From Halocafeteria seosinensis (lineage: Eukaryota): a DNA stretch of 64,000 bases. Positions 25,776 through 38,000 of this stretch are shown one piece after another. The position numbers and the translations under genes are program-made. Positions within the stretch are counted from its first letter, which is position 1; every line of letters begins with the position of its first letter. The stretch is from contig LVLI01000388.1 of assembly GCA_001687465.1 (NCBI GenBank), positions 1 through 64,000 on the forward strand, read 5' to 3'. The notes under the pieces were generated by a model, which saw nothing but the letters and a program-made list of their open reading frames with translations, was not told the origin of the DNA and searched no databases.

Positions 25776-28052
25776 TTATCTAGATACCGCCGCCAACTTC
25801 CGTTCTTGTTCTGACTTATCGAGCCTTAACGCTCGTGGCTCGGCGTCCCTTCGCCACTGTCTTGGTTTCGTACCGGATCCCTCATGAGGAAGTATTGGCT
25901 CGCGGAAGTGTACATCCAAGCCATCTACAGTCCTTACACGGACGCTGCCATATCCTACGGCGCGTTCCCATCCGAACATACCCTTTATCTCAACCGGGGT
26001 GACGCTTACCCATCCAAGCCCGTCGATTGCAATATCTACTAATGAATGGCGAATACGTTGCTGGCGTCTAGCTCGCGTTCGTTTCGGAGAGCCCCCTTGA
26101 GGCGGATCCCCGTGGACGATGCGTTTCCTCAACCAAGGAACACTATCTACTAGGTTGTACTCGAATTCTTGATCCAATTCCCCGAAGCTTGGGAAGAGCA
26201 ACGGATCATTCTTGTCCAAATTATCTCGATGCTTCTCCCATAACATGTCAGCTTTGTCGGAAGAGGTTATGTGAACACGAAGGTTCGTAGCAGGCGTAAA
26301 AAGCATATGTGTATCCTCTGCGGGATGGAAGTAGTCAATCCGCACTAACCCACCCAGAAACATAGTCCGTCCAGGGCGAATGCTGTAATGCGTTAGACGC
26401 AGAGGTTTCTGTGGCAGAATTTGCCGCAGAGTATGTTGTCCGTAGCCCGAAAGGTACTCCATTAATTGTTGTTTCTTCGCGTTCACAATAATTCCGGGGG
26501 TGTCAAAGAGGCGCGACGTCCCTCCTGGCACTAATGGAGCACCGATCACGCCTAATGTTGTTCCAGGAAGAGGAGATGTAGTCAGAGGAAAAGCTCTCAT
26601 TTCTTCTTCTGAATTCCCGAACCCCTTAGTTGCCCTCTTTGAGTCTCCGCCAATCAACTTAGCAGCTTCTTCGAAAGGCAGTGGTCTCAGTTGAGACGGA
26701 AGATTAGAGTTAACACTGATGGCACCGCTTACAGCACCAGCATATGGACCGTCCCCAGTTCCAACCAGACGGTTTTGACCTAAAGGACGACCTTGCCGGT
26801 CTACGTCGGCGTCCTTTGGCGAATCGGAGCTAACACTGATCGAGGGAGTCGGCACTTTTTTCTGCTCAGAACGCTTCACTCGCTTCTTGTTCTGTATTGC
26901 TTTCCACGCTTCCTCTTCTACCTCATCGATACTTGTCGTCGCCGGAGATTTGAGTTCTAGTGAGGCCGTTTTTTCATCATGCAAGGAGTCTTTCCTATTA
27001 AACGGGGAGCCTTCTTCGCTTATGCCTAACTTCGCAAGCGTTGAATTGTCCATCTTCCTCAATTGATTCATTTGGTAACTTTCGCGTACCAAGTCCTCCA
27101 TATCGCCCGTATACGTATCGTTGACATCATAGCCTTCAGGGAGTTCGTCTAACAAGACTGCATAGCTCCCTTTGTTTCGTTTCTTTTGTTTGTGTGGACT
27201 AGAACTGACTGAGCCTGTCCAAATACGATGTAAAACACGATTCACAAATGTAGACTTGCCTACATTGGCAGTGCCGATGATGTAGACATCCCGTCCTTTG
27301 CGGTATTTCTTGATATTTTCAAGTGCTTCTTCCATCCCCGTACCCCGTTGAGCGCTGATACAGGCCACATTCTCAACATTTTGGACTCCCATCTTCCTTA
27401 GCTCACCACGAGCCCAGTGCTTCAGTCTTTCAAAACTAGTTCTCTTGGGAAGTAAATCACACTTGTTTAGCACTAACACGATAGGTTTCTGTCCGATGCG
27501 GTCCGTGAGGTTACGAATGACTGATCCGTGGAAGTCAAACACGTCTAGCAGCTGTACCACTAAGCAGTCGAGTGGGCGAATTCCATCAAGATACTGTTCA
27601 AAGCTCTCATAAGGCAACTGCGGAGGGACAAGATTTCCATAGTGCTTATTCTGGTAGCATCGTTGACAAATGATTCCGTGGCTTTGTTGTACCCGAGTTT
27701 CCATCCCCTGGCGTTTTTGCCCTTGCTCTTGCACCTGCTGCCGAGCGGCAGCGAGTGCCTCCGACTTGGGTAAATACCCACTTCCGTACTGGTTTTCGGT
27801 CTGTAGTTCCACCCCACATCCTGCACAATACACTTCCACAGCATTGTCCTGTGTAGAAAACGCAGCATTATGCGCTTGTTTTGACACTTTCTGTCCCCCC
27901 AAAGACGAGATTAACTCCTCTTTCCGTACTGATGACCATCTATAATATCTAGGGAAGGTAATCGAGGAGAAACATCTGCTTGGTACCATGTACAAAGACC
28001 GTATGGAGCCATGAAGCTCAACGGCGTGCCTGACACCCCGCGGAGACCACAT
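25776..28052 (-). CDS. NOA1: YqeH/NOA1-family circularly permuted GTPase, probably mitochondrial
   Basis: CAGCG...CQRC zinc finger; NKCD (G4) precedes GTANVGKS (G1), PGTT (G2), DTPG (G3); presequence-like N-terminus. Confidence 0.88.
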   Translation of the reverse strand: MWSPRGVRHAVELHGSIRSLYMVPSRCFSSITFPRYYRWSSVRKEELISSLGGQKVSKQAHNAAFSTQDNAVEVYCAGCGVELQTENQYGSGYLPKSEALAAARQQVQEQGQKRQGMETRVQQSHGIICQRCYQNKHYGNLVPPQLPYESFEQYLDGIRPLDCLVVQLLDVFDFHGSVIRNLTDRIGQKPIVLVLNKCDLLPKRTSFERLKHWARGELRKMGVQNVENVACISAQRGTGMEEALENIKKYRKGRDVYIIGTANVGKSTFVNRVLHRIWTGSVSSSPHKQKKRNKGSYAVLLDELPEGYDVNDTYTGDMEDLVRESYQMNQLRKMDNSTLAKLGISEEGSPFNRKDSLHDEKTASLELKSPATTSIDEVEEEAWKAIQNKKRVKRSEQKKVPTPSISVSSDSPKDADVDRQGRPLGQNRLVGTGDGPYAGAVSGAISVNSNLPSQLRPLPFEEAAKLIGGDSKRATKGFGNSEEEMRAFPLTTSPLPGTTLGVIGAPLVPGGTSRLFDTPGIIVNAKKQQLMEYLSGYGQHTLRQILPQKPLRLTHYSIRPGRTMFLGGLVRIDYFHPAEDTHMLFTPATNLRVHITSSDKADMLWEKHRDNLDKNDPLLFPSFGELDQEFEYNLVDSVPWLRKRIVHGDPPQGGSPKRTRARRQQRIRHSLVDIAIDGLGWVSVTPVEIKGMFGWERAVGYGSVRVRTVDGLDVHFREPILPHEGSGTKPRQWRRDAEPRALRLDKSEQERKLAAVSR

Positions 28053-28369
28053 GTTTGTTGACCCGATTACGACTCTTTCTCCACCCTTAATGACACCAAG
28101 TGTCTTCTGTATCTCTTAAGGTACAATCCACACATGCTCTGGCGTCTGGTACTCGCCTCTGGGAGCTGTAATCGGCGTGTATGCAGTGTATGGCCGAAGC
28201 AAATGCCTCAACTTCACAGCCGGAACTTCACAAGCAGAGACACTTGGATTCCAAGGTCTTGAAATACATGGATATTTTTTTTTATTTTGTTATTAACATC
28301 ACATTTTCTATTGTGAGGAATTTTAAGAAGGAACACATTCCAAATATAATACGGACGGCGTGGGAACTT

Positions 28370-29297
28370 CTAGTTTGTGGTATTCTCTTTCACCGGGACC
28401 TTTCGCCAGAGCCACCAACGCTGGTTTTCATTCTGTTTCAATTCCACATAGCTTTGAACTTTGCCTTCCCGTTCAAGTTCCAAGCTATATCTTTGCAAAT
28501 CCCCGTTCCCATCTTTTAATTGGAGATTAACTTCTGAGAATGTATTGGTATACCATTCTGGGTGACGATACTGCGTAGGGTTTTCTTTCCGGCTGGCATC
28601 TCCACTTGGGTGGAAGCAACTCTCCCGAAAGAATAGGTATCCACCCGGTTTTATCCATTTCAAACAGTCTTGAGCAAACTTGGACACTTCTTCGTCACTT
28701 AGGTACATAAGCAACCAATTGGAGAAAACAATGTCAAACATTTCTCCTTCAGGGAATTCTGTCGGTCGAATGATCATTGACATCAGACGTGTGCCACACA
28801 GAGTTAAGCTATCATGCTTCACTTACCTAACTGCGTCACATCCGCCACCAGGAAATCGACGTTATCAAACGACGCGTTGTTACGCTTGTTTACTTCTATA
28901 CTGGCTTCAATGAAGTCAACGGCGACGACTCGTTTACATTTTTCTGCTAGCGTCGTGGTGAATCGACCCTGCAATTACCGACATTTCATGTTGCACGCCA
29001 TTCTAGCGTACTTCTCTGGGTAGTGCTACGTACAGATCCAGCTCCAAGTTCAGCCACACTTCGCGTTTTCAGCTCTGGGAGATACTGTAAAATTTCAGGC
29101 CTCTCGGATTTATCCAACGCTGCTGCTCTGCTATCAAGCATCATGTTCTCTAGATCTCCATCTCCCGTGTGAATTTCCCAGTATTGGGTCATAGCTTTCC
29201 TCAGCTCTTCACTTGTATCACTCTCCGCGCCCGGGGACGGATTCGTCGGCTCCCCTGAAGCCATGGAAGCCTTGACATGTTCTGGCACCGAACTCAT
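28370..29297 (-). CDS. PMT: Phosphoethanolamine N-methyltransferase, single domain
   Basis: MMLDSRAAALDKSERPEIL, ELGAGSGRFT, VFSNWLLMYLSDEEV, GYLFFRESCFHPSGD; introns 28969-29033 and 28759-28826 join in frame. Confidence 0.9.
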
Positions 29298-29313
29298 CTC
29301 GCCTCTTTGCAAC

Positions 29314-29527
29314 CTGCATGTTGTATATGTGAATGAACGCTGAGTGACACCCGCAGAGCAAGAAATTCAGTTCATTCAAGCGTCTCAAGAGCACCCAGCA
29401 GCGGCTAGTTGCTCTAAACTTGCCGCAAACGAATACTGGAGAGCATAATGTACGGATTTAAGGGGCTACCCTCTGGAAGAGGTTTCATTGTATACGCCTC
29501 CAGCCCCTGCTGGTTGCGAGCACCTAC
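29314..29527 (-). promoter_or_regulatory. Putative 214-nt 5'-UTR intron of PMT containing a multi-stem RNA structure
   Basis: AAG|GTAGGT donor at 29527, TGCAG| acceptor at 29314, 16 nt before the ATG; several nested complementary segments. Confidence 0.5.
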
Positions 29528-29907
29528 CTTGAAGAAAGAAAGCGCCTAGATTCCAATATAATCAACACAATACCAATTACAACTGGTGTATACGGATAGA
29601 ACAACAAGACACGACGATACTAAGACACTGACGCTATTGAAAAAAGCACCACGGAAGCAATAATAGCCAAATGTTCTCACAAAAAACAACTTTTCCGCAC
29701 GTGGGCGAAGCATTCCTCTAACGCTTGGGTGCCAGCGTGGAATCGGTATGATGAAATAAAGTGATTCAAAACGGCATTCAGAACAATGACTCAATACAAT
29801 GTTATTTATTAATTCCCTCAAGTTACACACGCACGTGTGAGCAGTTAGGAATGAGACAGCCATGAACAAAATATTTGGACTGCAGGTTGACAGTGTGTTC
29901 GAGAACG

Positions 29908-31446
29908 TTATCGAACCATATTTCCTTGGGTCAGACGACCAGCGCCTGTGCCCGATGCTGCAGTTTGAAATGCTTGCATACTATGCGCTTTCAAAGCATT
30001 TTCCTGTAGAGCCTCGCTTCTAGCTCGTTGAGCAGCCACGGAAACATCTTCGTACCACTTTTGGCCAAACAGTGCTGTTGCAGCATCTCGCATATGTTGT
30101 ACTGCCATTGGGAAAGCCGCCTCAGACACTTCGCGTTCACTCAGATGTATGACAATAGCACCTTTAGAGGTAGCATTTCGCACAGCAGAAATCATTTTCC
30201 CAACACTACGAGGTGGTATATCCGCCGTAGAGACTCCGCATATTCCGACTAGATAATCGCCCTTGTTGACCGCACCACTTCGTTCTGCAACTCCAGGGAC
30301 ACATTGGTCTTCCCCCTCATGCTCTCTCCCATTTTCTTGTTTCATTCCTCCTTGTTGCCCAGTTATCTGACTTCCATGAGCTGACGAGTCAGCGGACACC
30401 TGCACCCTGGGGAGTGCATCTACCTTCACGTATGTGCTGTTGTCCGAGCGCAGCGAGATGCCGATGGAGTCGCCTCGACTAACTGGTTCCAAATAGACGT
30501 GCCGTAATGTAATATCTGGAATATTGTGCGGTTCTCCTAACGATTTCGAATCCCGAGCTACGGGCAACCCAGGTAGTTCGTGTAGATGAGGTTCCTCGTA
30601 GGGGTAGTTAACTGGCTCCGAACCCTCTACACTGTAGCGACCTTCCTCACCAACGTACAAAGAATCGTCACCATTCCTTCCTGTAAGTTGCTTTGATTTT
30701 GGTCGTTTAGTCTGTGGATAAGGAGGAGGCGTCTCCCTAGGTCGTTTCTGAGGCGGTGCACCACCTTGGCCCTTTTCAAGCTCGGGAGCAATGTGTTCCC
30801 CGATTGTTACCTGCAGAATTCACGATACCACGAATGAACTATGATGGGAAGAACCATTCTACTAGTATAAAGAAGCTTACTTTGGATGGAGATATCCCCT
30901 GCTCTTTTGCTTTCTTAATGAAATACTTCTGCGCGTGCGTGCGAATCTGCGTTGGAAGAGCTCTCGTCAGCATTAGAGTCGGCCAAACATACAACCACAA
31001 CGCCACCGTACCTGTACAATGGAGCGAGTCGGAACTAGTCTGCATTTGGCACATCCACAAACAAGAACAGTGAGCATATACGCGTAAACAGAAATACGGT
31101 TGAGGGACGGCAGGTTGAAGCGAGTACGGAGAATGCCTCCTGTTCGGTCCGAAGGCAGTCAAGGCCACACGCCCTTGGCAAAGGTCCTTCTTGTACGAAA
31201 GAAGGTAGGGAAAACAATCGCCCGTACACAGAGGATGGATCCTTGGAGTACACTGAGGCCGCATGACTCCGGGGAAAGCAGCGTCAAGCTGCAGTTCGCG
31301 CTGTGCACTTACTTTTTTACCTCCCTCCACCGATTTCCATACAACCTGAGTCCTTCAACAAAGGCTTCATGCTCCTCCTGAGTCCATCTACCAGTGTTCT
31401 TTTGGGATCCGCTCATCCTCGGATGGTACTGGCTGTAGTAGTCCAT
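29908..31446 (-). CDS. SHAQKYF-class Myb transcription factor with C-terminal PDZ-like domain
   Basis: Spliced TGRWTQEEHEAFVEGLRLYGNRWREVKKLVPTRSIVQIRTHAQKYF; PDZ-like SIGISL...GVAERSGAVNKGDYLVGICG. Confidence 0.85.
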
Positions 31447-32088
31447 GCTACACGGTGAGAAAAAGAACTTTACAAGGATTGCCGAACCTCCCAAAGACAG
31501 ACACCCTCTTCCCACGGTTATGGATAAACTCGAAGTCCGTAAAACGGTATTTGTGGGTTGGTATCACTCTACTTCAAGTAGAAACAAGCAAATGATGGCG
31601 ACTTCAATCCACTCAAGATCTCTATGACTAGGCGGCGTGGATCCAATACACCATGTTCACACAGTTATTATTGTCCGCGGAGCAGTTCGAACCGTCCGGA
31701 TGCAGACCAGTTCCGGTTGTTGAAGTTACTTTCCACGGGGGAAGCCAAGGGGGAACCGAAACAACAAAAAAGGTGGTAGTGACGTGTTCCAGCCGATCCT
31801 TCAATTCTTGCCGCAATGCCGCTCTGGGACGGCGAGCAATCTTTTCGTCTACTGACTTGTGACAGCAAACTTCAACCTGCACTGCAACCTACCGCAAGCG
31901 CTTTATCTAGCAAGTGACCCGTTGCTTTCTCTCTTGTTGCATTCTTTGGGTTACCATACTGCCAGAGACGGGCCATAAGAAGTTGGTAGTGAAGCTATGC
32001 CCCCAACGGATTCCGAGGAAGCACCCGTAATGCTTGTGGGAAGGCGCTAAGTGATATCAATGGAGTAGCTTCCCAGCAGCGCACAGTC

Positions 32089-35000
32089 ATGCCAACGCCA
32101 AGTATTTATCGGGCAGGAATTTCTCCTGACCAGCTTCTAGTACTGATGTCTATAAGTGTTGGAGTTTTCACGGGGCTGGTTCACTGTTTTGAGCTTAGAG
32201 ATCCAAATGATCCGGGACCAGAGCCGACGTTTGAACCCTACGCTGCAGGATTTACGGCCAAATCAGATGATGCTACTCCAGAACCTGTTCCCGTGATAAA
32301 TCCTGGAAACGAATTCTCATCCAATAGTCAGCCCAACATATTCAAGGGTCCTCTTCCTCGACGTAAGTTAGTCTATTGAGAAACTAAATTTGCGTTTCAC
32401 CGTCACTGGACGACACTTTGACCCTTGCAGAACGTTGCCCTGGTATGATAAAGAACGAAAGCAGCTATTTTTGTACATCTGTAGAAGCCGGATACTGCGA
32501 CCGTAGGACGGGAACATGCTATTGCTTCGAAGGGTATACCGGAGTTGACTGTTCCAAGTGCGCAAACACTCACGTCCGCTTGGATGGAGGCGAGTGCCTA
32601 CAGAAGGTACAATGTCCTAATGACTGTTCAGGTGGGGGCGCATGCAATTACACGACAGGAATTTGTAACTGTGAGAAAGAGCGTCGTGGAGACGATTGTT
32701 CCATACCTGTGTGCCTGAGTTTCGATGAGTTCTGCGTAGAATGTGATACTCAAGTTTGTATCAAATGTATCCCCGGCTTCTTTGTTACGCCTTTGAGTCA
32801 GTGTGGTACGTGCGACGGCTACCGAAGTGTGTCTTTGCAAGCTTACTTAAGAAATCAAAAATGCTTTCTACAGTACCATGCTCCGTATATGACCCTCGCT
32901 GCGATGACTGTGACAGGGATAAATGCCTTGGATGTAATGACTACATACTCAACTCTGTTCTCAGGAGTGGCCGCAGGAAATCAGATAGTCCTCCCCCGTT
33001 TGATGAGTTCAACAGATTGTTCTCCGTCAAACGAAGGTTTGGAACTCAGTCCCCTTATGCCTTTTCAACTGCGGAGCCATACCACTTAATCGACGACAAC
33101 AGAGGGCTAAGAATGGCCGGCTATCAGCAGTCCTCCAGCAACTACAGAAAAAGCTCCCGATACCGTTTCACCACTGGAACAGATATTTACCTAATGCATC
33201 ATCCTGATCCTCCAACTGCGTTCAGTCAAGAGGAATATGATGTATTTTTCCAGAGATTGAACAGAAAGCGAGGTTTTAACTTGGACGGTACGGTACCGCT
33301 TGGTGCGTACGACACTGACGAGGCCGCGTCTCTAGCCCAGGCGAAAATGTTTGAGTTCGATTCCCAAGAAGAAGCTTTTGGCCTTTGGTTTCATAACAGC
33401 AGCAAATTTTATGCGGGCATGCCACTATTGAACGAAATGTCTGTTGCTTGCTCGCAAGGACTAGATAATAGCCCAGTATGGGTATGCAAGCCGAAGCAGG
33501 AGTCACACAAAATATGTGGTAGCCTCGGTACATTAGAATGGAGAAGCCCTTCTTACGCTGTATTGGAGAATCAGCCCTTCTTGCGGGTGGCTGTTGACCG
33601 AACCGGAGGAGGACTGGGACGAATATCGTTCCGGTACGATTTAATCCATCAGTCCACCGATCCTTCAGATGTGACAGCAAAAGCAAATTATGAGAGTTCA
33701 CAAACACTGGTGATGGAGGAGGGCATAGTACAACTGTCGTTTCTTATAACAATACATGACGACGTTGATGTCGAAAGCAATGAAACTTTCTTGCTCCAAT
33801 TGAGGGATGTGCGGGGTGGTGCCAGTGTAGGGGCTCAGCAGAAGACGAGGGTAACTATCATAGATGATGATAAAGATAAGTTGAGCCCGCTACAAACAAC
33901 GCTTGAAAGGGTGTTTCTTCCTGTTGACAAGTCTGCCTCGCGGAACTCACCCTTGATTTCTTCCACTCAATCAGGGTTATTAGAGGTGTCAGCTGGGCTG
34001 CCAGTTCTGCTTTCTCTTAAGACGCTAGACTCCAAGGGGTTCCCCGTAATGGAAGCTGCAGGGTCTGTTAGTTTTGAGCCCGTCTTTAGCGACGGAGGCG
34101 AACAACTGGCAAGTTATAACTTCTTAGTGGAAATCGAAGACGAATTCTCTTCAGAGTTTTCTACACAACTGTACACTGCCGATGATGAAAGTGATACGGA
34201 TTCACGAGGTAAACACCGTGGTGTATATTTCGACCCAGCCGACGCGGTCTCTTCATACGCACCACCAAAGGTACGCAGGCAGTACGTATCACCTGGTAAT
34301 ACTATATGGGGGCCCTCTTTGGCCAAATACCTCGAAACTTCCGTTACAAGTTTCAATAGCTCGATAATTGGCGAAGTCGACTTATCAATGTTCAGCCTTG
34401 ACGACATCGACGGTACCACCTTGGAAGAACTAAACGACCCAAATACGTACGTGGCTATAATCTATCCCACCGTCTCCGGAACAGCCAAAGTAAGAGCCCG
34501 CTACGCAAAGGCAAATGCATTGATAGGGGAGTACTTTTTAAACCCTTTCTTGAATGGAAAGCCATTTGTGAAGAGGCACGACCAAAGGATAGATTTTAGC
34601 TGGGGGAACAGAGGTATCGCTGGACTACCATCGAGAGATTTTGTCTCTGTTAGATGGAGTGGAGCGGTTTCAATAGGAGTACCCAGTAGTCCCGCTTCGC
34701 TGGGATCAGGAAACTTGGAAACATCTGTTTTGCAATCGATCTGCTCCGATGACCCATCACGTTATCGATTCTGCGATAGATGCCAAAGCTATAATTGTTC
34801 GGGGGCTTCCTTCGGCGGCGAAACGCTTGTTCATTTCTACCTCTCAGGAGGAGAGAATGACCAGGTTCGACTATGGGTGGATAATCAATTGCTTTTAGAC
34901 GTATGGGGAAGAGAAGCTTCGTCGACCTTGGGAGTAGGAGAGCATCGCACATCTATTGTCGTAAATCAGGATGAGATTTACGCGATCATGGTCGAATATC

Positions 35001-38000
35001 GCCATTTTTCAGGCTTTGCAGGACTAACACTGCAATGGGAGTCTGCGGACAGTGGGATTAGAAAGGAAGTCATACCGCCATCCAAGTTGTTTGCGCTCTA
35101 TGAAATAAGAAACAGCCCTGCAACCCTGCAGATACTACCATCAATTTCGTATGCTAATCCTGAAGGATTCGCTGCATCGCAAGACGGCACTTTTGTTGAA
35201 GGTGATGGCTTGTTATTTGCAACAGTTGGAGAAACTGCAGATTTCAGATTGTACTCCCTAGATGCCTTTGGAAATTGGAGGAAAAATTTCTCTGAGGAAG
35301 ATCTATTTTCATCCTCTCTTACACTTCGTGAATTTCATGTCCCTGAGTACAGATCTAAGGGTATACGACCGCTCATGGATAATTTTGATACCTCTGAACT
35401 CTCTGAAGCTGTCATAAACGACACGTTGACGCTGCCCGCTTCAGTACAATATATTTCGTCCAACGATCACTTTCGGATATCGTATCTTCCACTTGTTTCG
35501 GGGATTTATGATATCGAAGTCAAACTGTTTGCCCCTAGCGATGGAAACGAGAACACGAGCATCACCGAAATACCTGTGGCTGGGTCACCATTCCGAGCGT
35601 TCGTATCTCCAGCACCTGTATCCCCTTTCCAATCGATTGTCGCTGGGCGAGGTCTAGCACATGGTGAAGCGGGAATTACCTCGACTGCGCTTATATTGGC
35701 TCGCGACCAGAATCAAAACCCGGTACCCGCACTTGACTGGTTGTTCGCCTCTTTCGAAATCGTGGCCATCCACCAAATCGAAGGACTGATAGTAATCGGT
35801 GAACAACGGCACTTGGAGGGCCCAGTGTACGAATTGAATTGGACACCGTTGAGAAGCGGATTGTATGATCTTACCATATCTTCCCAAGTAGGTGAAGTTC
35901 CGGGGAGCCCCTTCCAAGCAGCTGTGCACGCTGGACCCACTAGTGCGAGAAGTAGCTCACTAAGATTTAGTAACAACGGAACATTTGTTGCAGCCGAAGT
36001 TGGCGTCATTCATATCACTGCGAAGGACCAATGGGGTAACTTACGAATTGCCGAGTTTGGGGCCCAGGGCATTGGCAATGACAGCTTTTCCAGTGCAATT
36101 ATTACAAAAAATTGGTCGGAGGTGGACTCCCTAGGTATCGACCTCAGTGCATCAAGGGCTTTTAAAGATAGTCCACAAGTAACAAAGGACAGTAATGTTA
36201 CCCTTTTCAACGGCTTCTCCTTGGAACACCAAGGAAACGAAATGTATACTATGAAAATCGTCCCAATGTTAGTTGGCGAGTGGCCTCTGGTGGTACTATT
36301 AGACGATAGGCCTGTGGGCGAGTTGAGTCACATAATAATCGTTATTCCCGGGAAGACATGGGCCAATACGAGTTTTATCGTCCCTCCGCAAGGGATGCGG
36401 AAGCCGAATTTCGATGTGGTGCGTGCAGGGGACAGTGGAAGTTTCTTAGTGCAAATGAGGGATATAGCAGGGAACAACCAGAGCCGCACTGAAGCTCTTA
36501 AGGTTGAGACAGTAGAGGGATGGATAGAGCCTGCGCCTGGGCAACATTCATTAAACGATAGCATGAGGAATAACATTTCCTGTGCTTTAGTGAACGACGC
36601 TGGACTATTTGAGTGTCACTATAGGGCACGCCGGGCAGGACTATACGCACTACATGTTCAAATCGACAAAATGGAGGTTGCGAATTCTCCCCAAAATAAC
36701 ATAGTTATAGTCCCAGGAGATCTTAGCGCCGATTTCACTTCGGTCGAAGGTTTACTCACTACTTCTGGAGAGGAGTCTAGTAGAGCAATGAGAACGGGAC
36801 AGACCCAAGATTTACTTATCACTTCGCGAGACAGATTCGGCAATGAGATTCCGAGTGGTGGTTTAGCCAGCCGGTTCATAGTAACACTATTTGGAGTGGA
36901 AGTCGAACGAGAAGTGACTCCCTCCGGTTTAATCTTGGACGACCTGGAAAATGGTCAGTACGCAACTTCATTTACCCCGCTCGTGGCAGGTACGTACCGC
37001 CTGGGAATCGAAATAATCACTTCAGGGGGCCTTGAAGGGATCTATTTTGCTGAGCCTCTCTTTGTAGGATCCACAAGTGTGGTTTCAGAGGAGATTATCA
37101 ATTTTGATTGGGGAGTAGAACTTCCCGACTCGTTGAGTGACATCACAAATTCGGCAATATGGAGTGCAAAATGGTCTGGTTTCTTTCGCCCAAACGTATC
37201 AGAAGAGTTAGTTATGCTACTGGAAACCGAAGGGGCCGCCCGGCTACGCGTGTTTGATAAGGTTAACTCCATATCGTCGTTTCAAGCACAGGTAGCAAGT
37301 AGCGGTGGTTCCATGGAGTATTTCCTGAAACAGCAGGGGAGCAACCCTATCGTCTCAATAGACTTATGGACGGACTTCTTTAGTTCGAACGCGAATATAT
37401 CGAGCACGAAAGAGGCAATAGCATTCCAAAGGGGAAATGTGGTAGCAGGAGGATTCTACCCGGTGCTTCTTGAGTTTCAGCGAGATATTATGGCATCTAT
37501 ACCGGCGAAACTCCGCTTTAGATATCTGACAGTCGACATGGTAGATCCCACGGAGTTACTGGGAGAAATTACAGTGACCAACAAGACGGTAGACCGACTT
37601 GCACGCCCAGTACCAGATGAACTGCTTTTCCCTTCGAAGTTTGTTGAACGACTGAGTGGCTCCCCCTTTTTTCCAGTGGCTGCCGCGAATCGAACAAGCC
37701 CCGAAAACTCCAGAGTCACTGGAGATGGCCGACGTTTCGCCACTGCTGGCATCATCTCAACATTCAAAGTTTCTCTCAAAGACAAGTGGGATAACCCTGT
37801 GCAAAGCGAAGAGGCCATCGAGGCCGGTGCAGCTGCTGTGGCTGTGCGGATAGCATCTTTGGACGAAATCCGCGACAGCCCGGGTGAAATTATCGTTGAG
37901 GTAGACGACTCCTATATAGGAGGAGCGCAGCATCTACTGAGTTACACTCCGACTGTACCCGGCCATTACTTACTCTATGTATTCACAGGGACTAACGTTA

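Noticed and set aside
26590..27220. Large low-complexity insertion between G1 and G2 of the YqeH/NOA1 GTPase
   Set aside because: Eukaryotic NOA1 proteins already carry variable insertions in this region
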